Origin: Squalus acanthias
Taxonomy: Eukaryota
Assembly (NCBI GenBank): GCA_030390025.1
Contig: JASTWF010000349.1
Location: 372,001-436,000, forward strand
Length of the DNA: 64,000 bases
Direction of reading: 5' to 3'
The stretch's first letter is position 1. Each line of letters starts with the position of its first letter. Below the pieces are notes generated by a model, which was not told where the DNA came from, made no database searches, and saw only the letters and a list, made by a program, of their open reading frames with translations. The translations under genes and the position numbers were made by a program. Shown here one piece after another: positions 62,501 through 64,000 of the stretch.

Positions 62501-64000
62501 GAGAGTTACTGAGTGGGTGTCCCAGGGATTGGTGCTAGGAGATGTACTGAGTGGAGTGTCCTAGGGATTGATCGGTGCTGGGTGATGTACTGAGTGGAGT
62601 GTCCCAGGGATTGATCGGTGCTGGGAGATGTACTGAGTGGAGTGTCCTAGGGATTGATCGGTGCTGGGTGATGTACTGAGTGGAGTGTCCCAGGGATTGA
62701 TCGGTGCTGGGTGATGTACTGAGTGGAGTGTCCCAGGGATTGATCGGTGCTGGGAGATGTACTGAGTGGAGTGTCCTAGGGATTGGTGCTGGGAGATGTA
62801 CTGAGTGGAGTGTCCCAGGGATCAGTGCTGGGAGATGTACTGAGTGGAGTGTCCCAGGGATCGGTGCTGGGAGATATACTGAGTGGAGTGTCCCAGGGAT
62901 CAGTGCTGGGAGATGTACTGAGTGGAGTGTCCCAGGGATCGGTGCTGGGAGATGTACTGAGTGGAGTGTCCTAGGGATTGGTGCTGGGAGATGTACTGAG
63001 TGGAGTGTCCCAGGGATCAGTGCTGGGAGATGTACTGAGTGGAGTGTCCCAGGGATCGGTGCTGGGAGATATACTGAGTGGAGTGTCCCAGGGATCGGTG
63101 CTGGGAGAGTTACTGAGTGGAGTGTCCCAGGGATCAGTGCTGGGAGAGTTACTGAGTGGGTGTCCCAGGGATTGGTGCTGGGGAGATGTACTGAGTGGGG
63201 TGTCCCAGGGATTGATCAGTGCTGGGTGATGTACTGAGTGGAGTGTACCAGGGATTGATCGGTGCTGGGAGATGTACTGAGTGGAGTGTCCTAGGGATTG
63301 GTGCTGGGAGATGTACTGAGTGGAGTGTTCTAGGGATTGGTGCTGGGAGATGTACTGAGTGGAGTGTCCCAGGGATCAGTGCTGGGTGATGTACTGAGTG
63401 GAGTGTCCCAGGGATTGATCAGTGCTGGGTGATGTACTGAGTGGAGTGTCCCAGGGATTGATCAGTGCTGGGTGATGTACTGAGTGGAGTGTACCAGGGA
63501 TTGATCGGTGCTGGGAGATGTACTGAGTGGAGTGTCCTAGGGATTGGTGCTGGGAGATGTACTGAGTGGAGTGTTCTAGGGATTGGTGCTGGGAGATGTA
63601 CTGAGTGGAGTGTCCCAGGGATCAGTGCTGGGTGATGTACTGAGTGGAGTGTCCCAGGGATCAGTGCTGGGAGATGTACTGAGTGGAGTGTCCCAGGGAT
63701 CAGTGCTGGGAGATGTACTGAGTGGAGTGTTCTAGGGATTGGTGCTGGGAGATGTACTGAGTGGAGTGTCCTAGGGATTGGTGCTGGGAGATGTACTGAG
63801 TGGAGTGTCCCAGGGATCGGTGCTGGGTGATGTACTGAGTGGAGTGTCCCAGGGATCGGTGCTGGGTGATGTACTGAGTGGAGTGTCCCAGGGATCGGTG
63901 CTGGGTGATTTACTGAGTGGTGTGTCCCAGGGGTCAGTGCTGGGAGATGTACTGAGTGGAGTGTCCCAGGGATCGGTGCTGGGGAGATGTACTGAGTGGG
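59519..64000. repeat. 39-bp satellite (GTGCTGGGAGATGTACTGAGTGGAGTGTCCCAGGGATCG), more than 110 copies, running off the window; 38/40/43-bp variants
   Basis: Direct periodicity; the unit translates as VLGDVLSGVSQGS. Confidence 0.97.

Noticed and set aside
59519..64000. Satellite ORFs as a real repeat protein
   Set aside because: Frequent 1-4-nt indel variants break the frame every few units, and there is no start or splice context.

Overview
Eukaryotic vertebrate genomic DNA, most likely an elasmobranch (shark), judged from HE1-type V-SINEs and abundant CR1 LINEs with esterase ORF1. Most of the window is transposon or tandem-repeat DNA lying in the 5' region/introns of a + strand host gene. 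One short coding exon that the ORF track misses (44709-44779, MSSFKLDFLPEMMVDHCTLSSNP-V, then GTGAGT) matches the N-terminal extension exon of CELF1/CUGBP1, and a second candidate exon lies at 1356-1419. Repeat content: several CR1 lineages (called A, C, D and E here), a single-ORF CR1-group LINE (family B) with a tRNA/SINE-like head, V-SINEs with a double 3' tail, Deu-type SINE heads, L2 relics, a Penelope-like fragment with a minimal hammerhead ribozyme motif, a hAT transposase split by a 6.9-kb CR1 stack, a hAT MITE and seven tandem arrays. At least two arrays derive from retroelement sequence present in the window; one is a >4.4-kb satellite built from the CR1 reverse-transcriptase [10 protein letters not shown] motif. 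Structural events: a ~24-kb nest of insertions inside a minisatellite, a 4.25-kb near-perfect tandem duplication, a 1.96-kb templated copy from 27.5 kb away, and apparent sequence exchange between CR1 copies. There is one assembly gap (32507-32882). No prokaryotic systems and no CRISPR. Repeat boundaries are approximate and family names come from recall, not from a database search.
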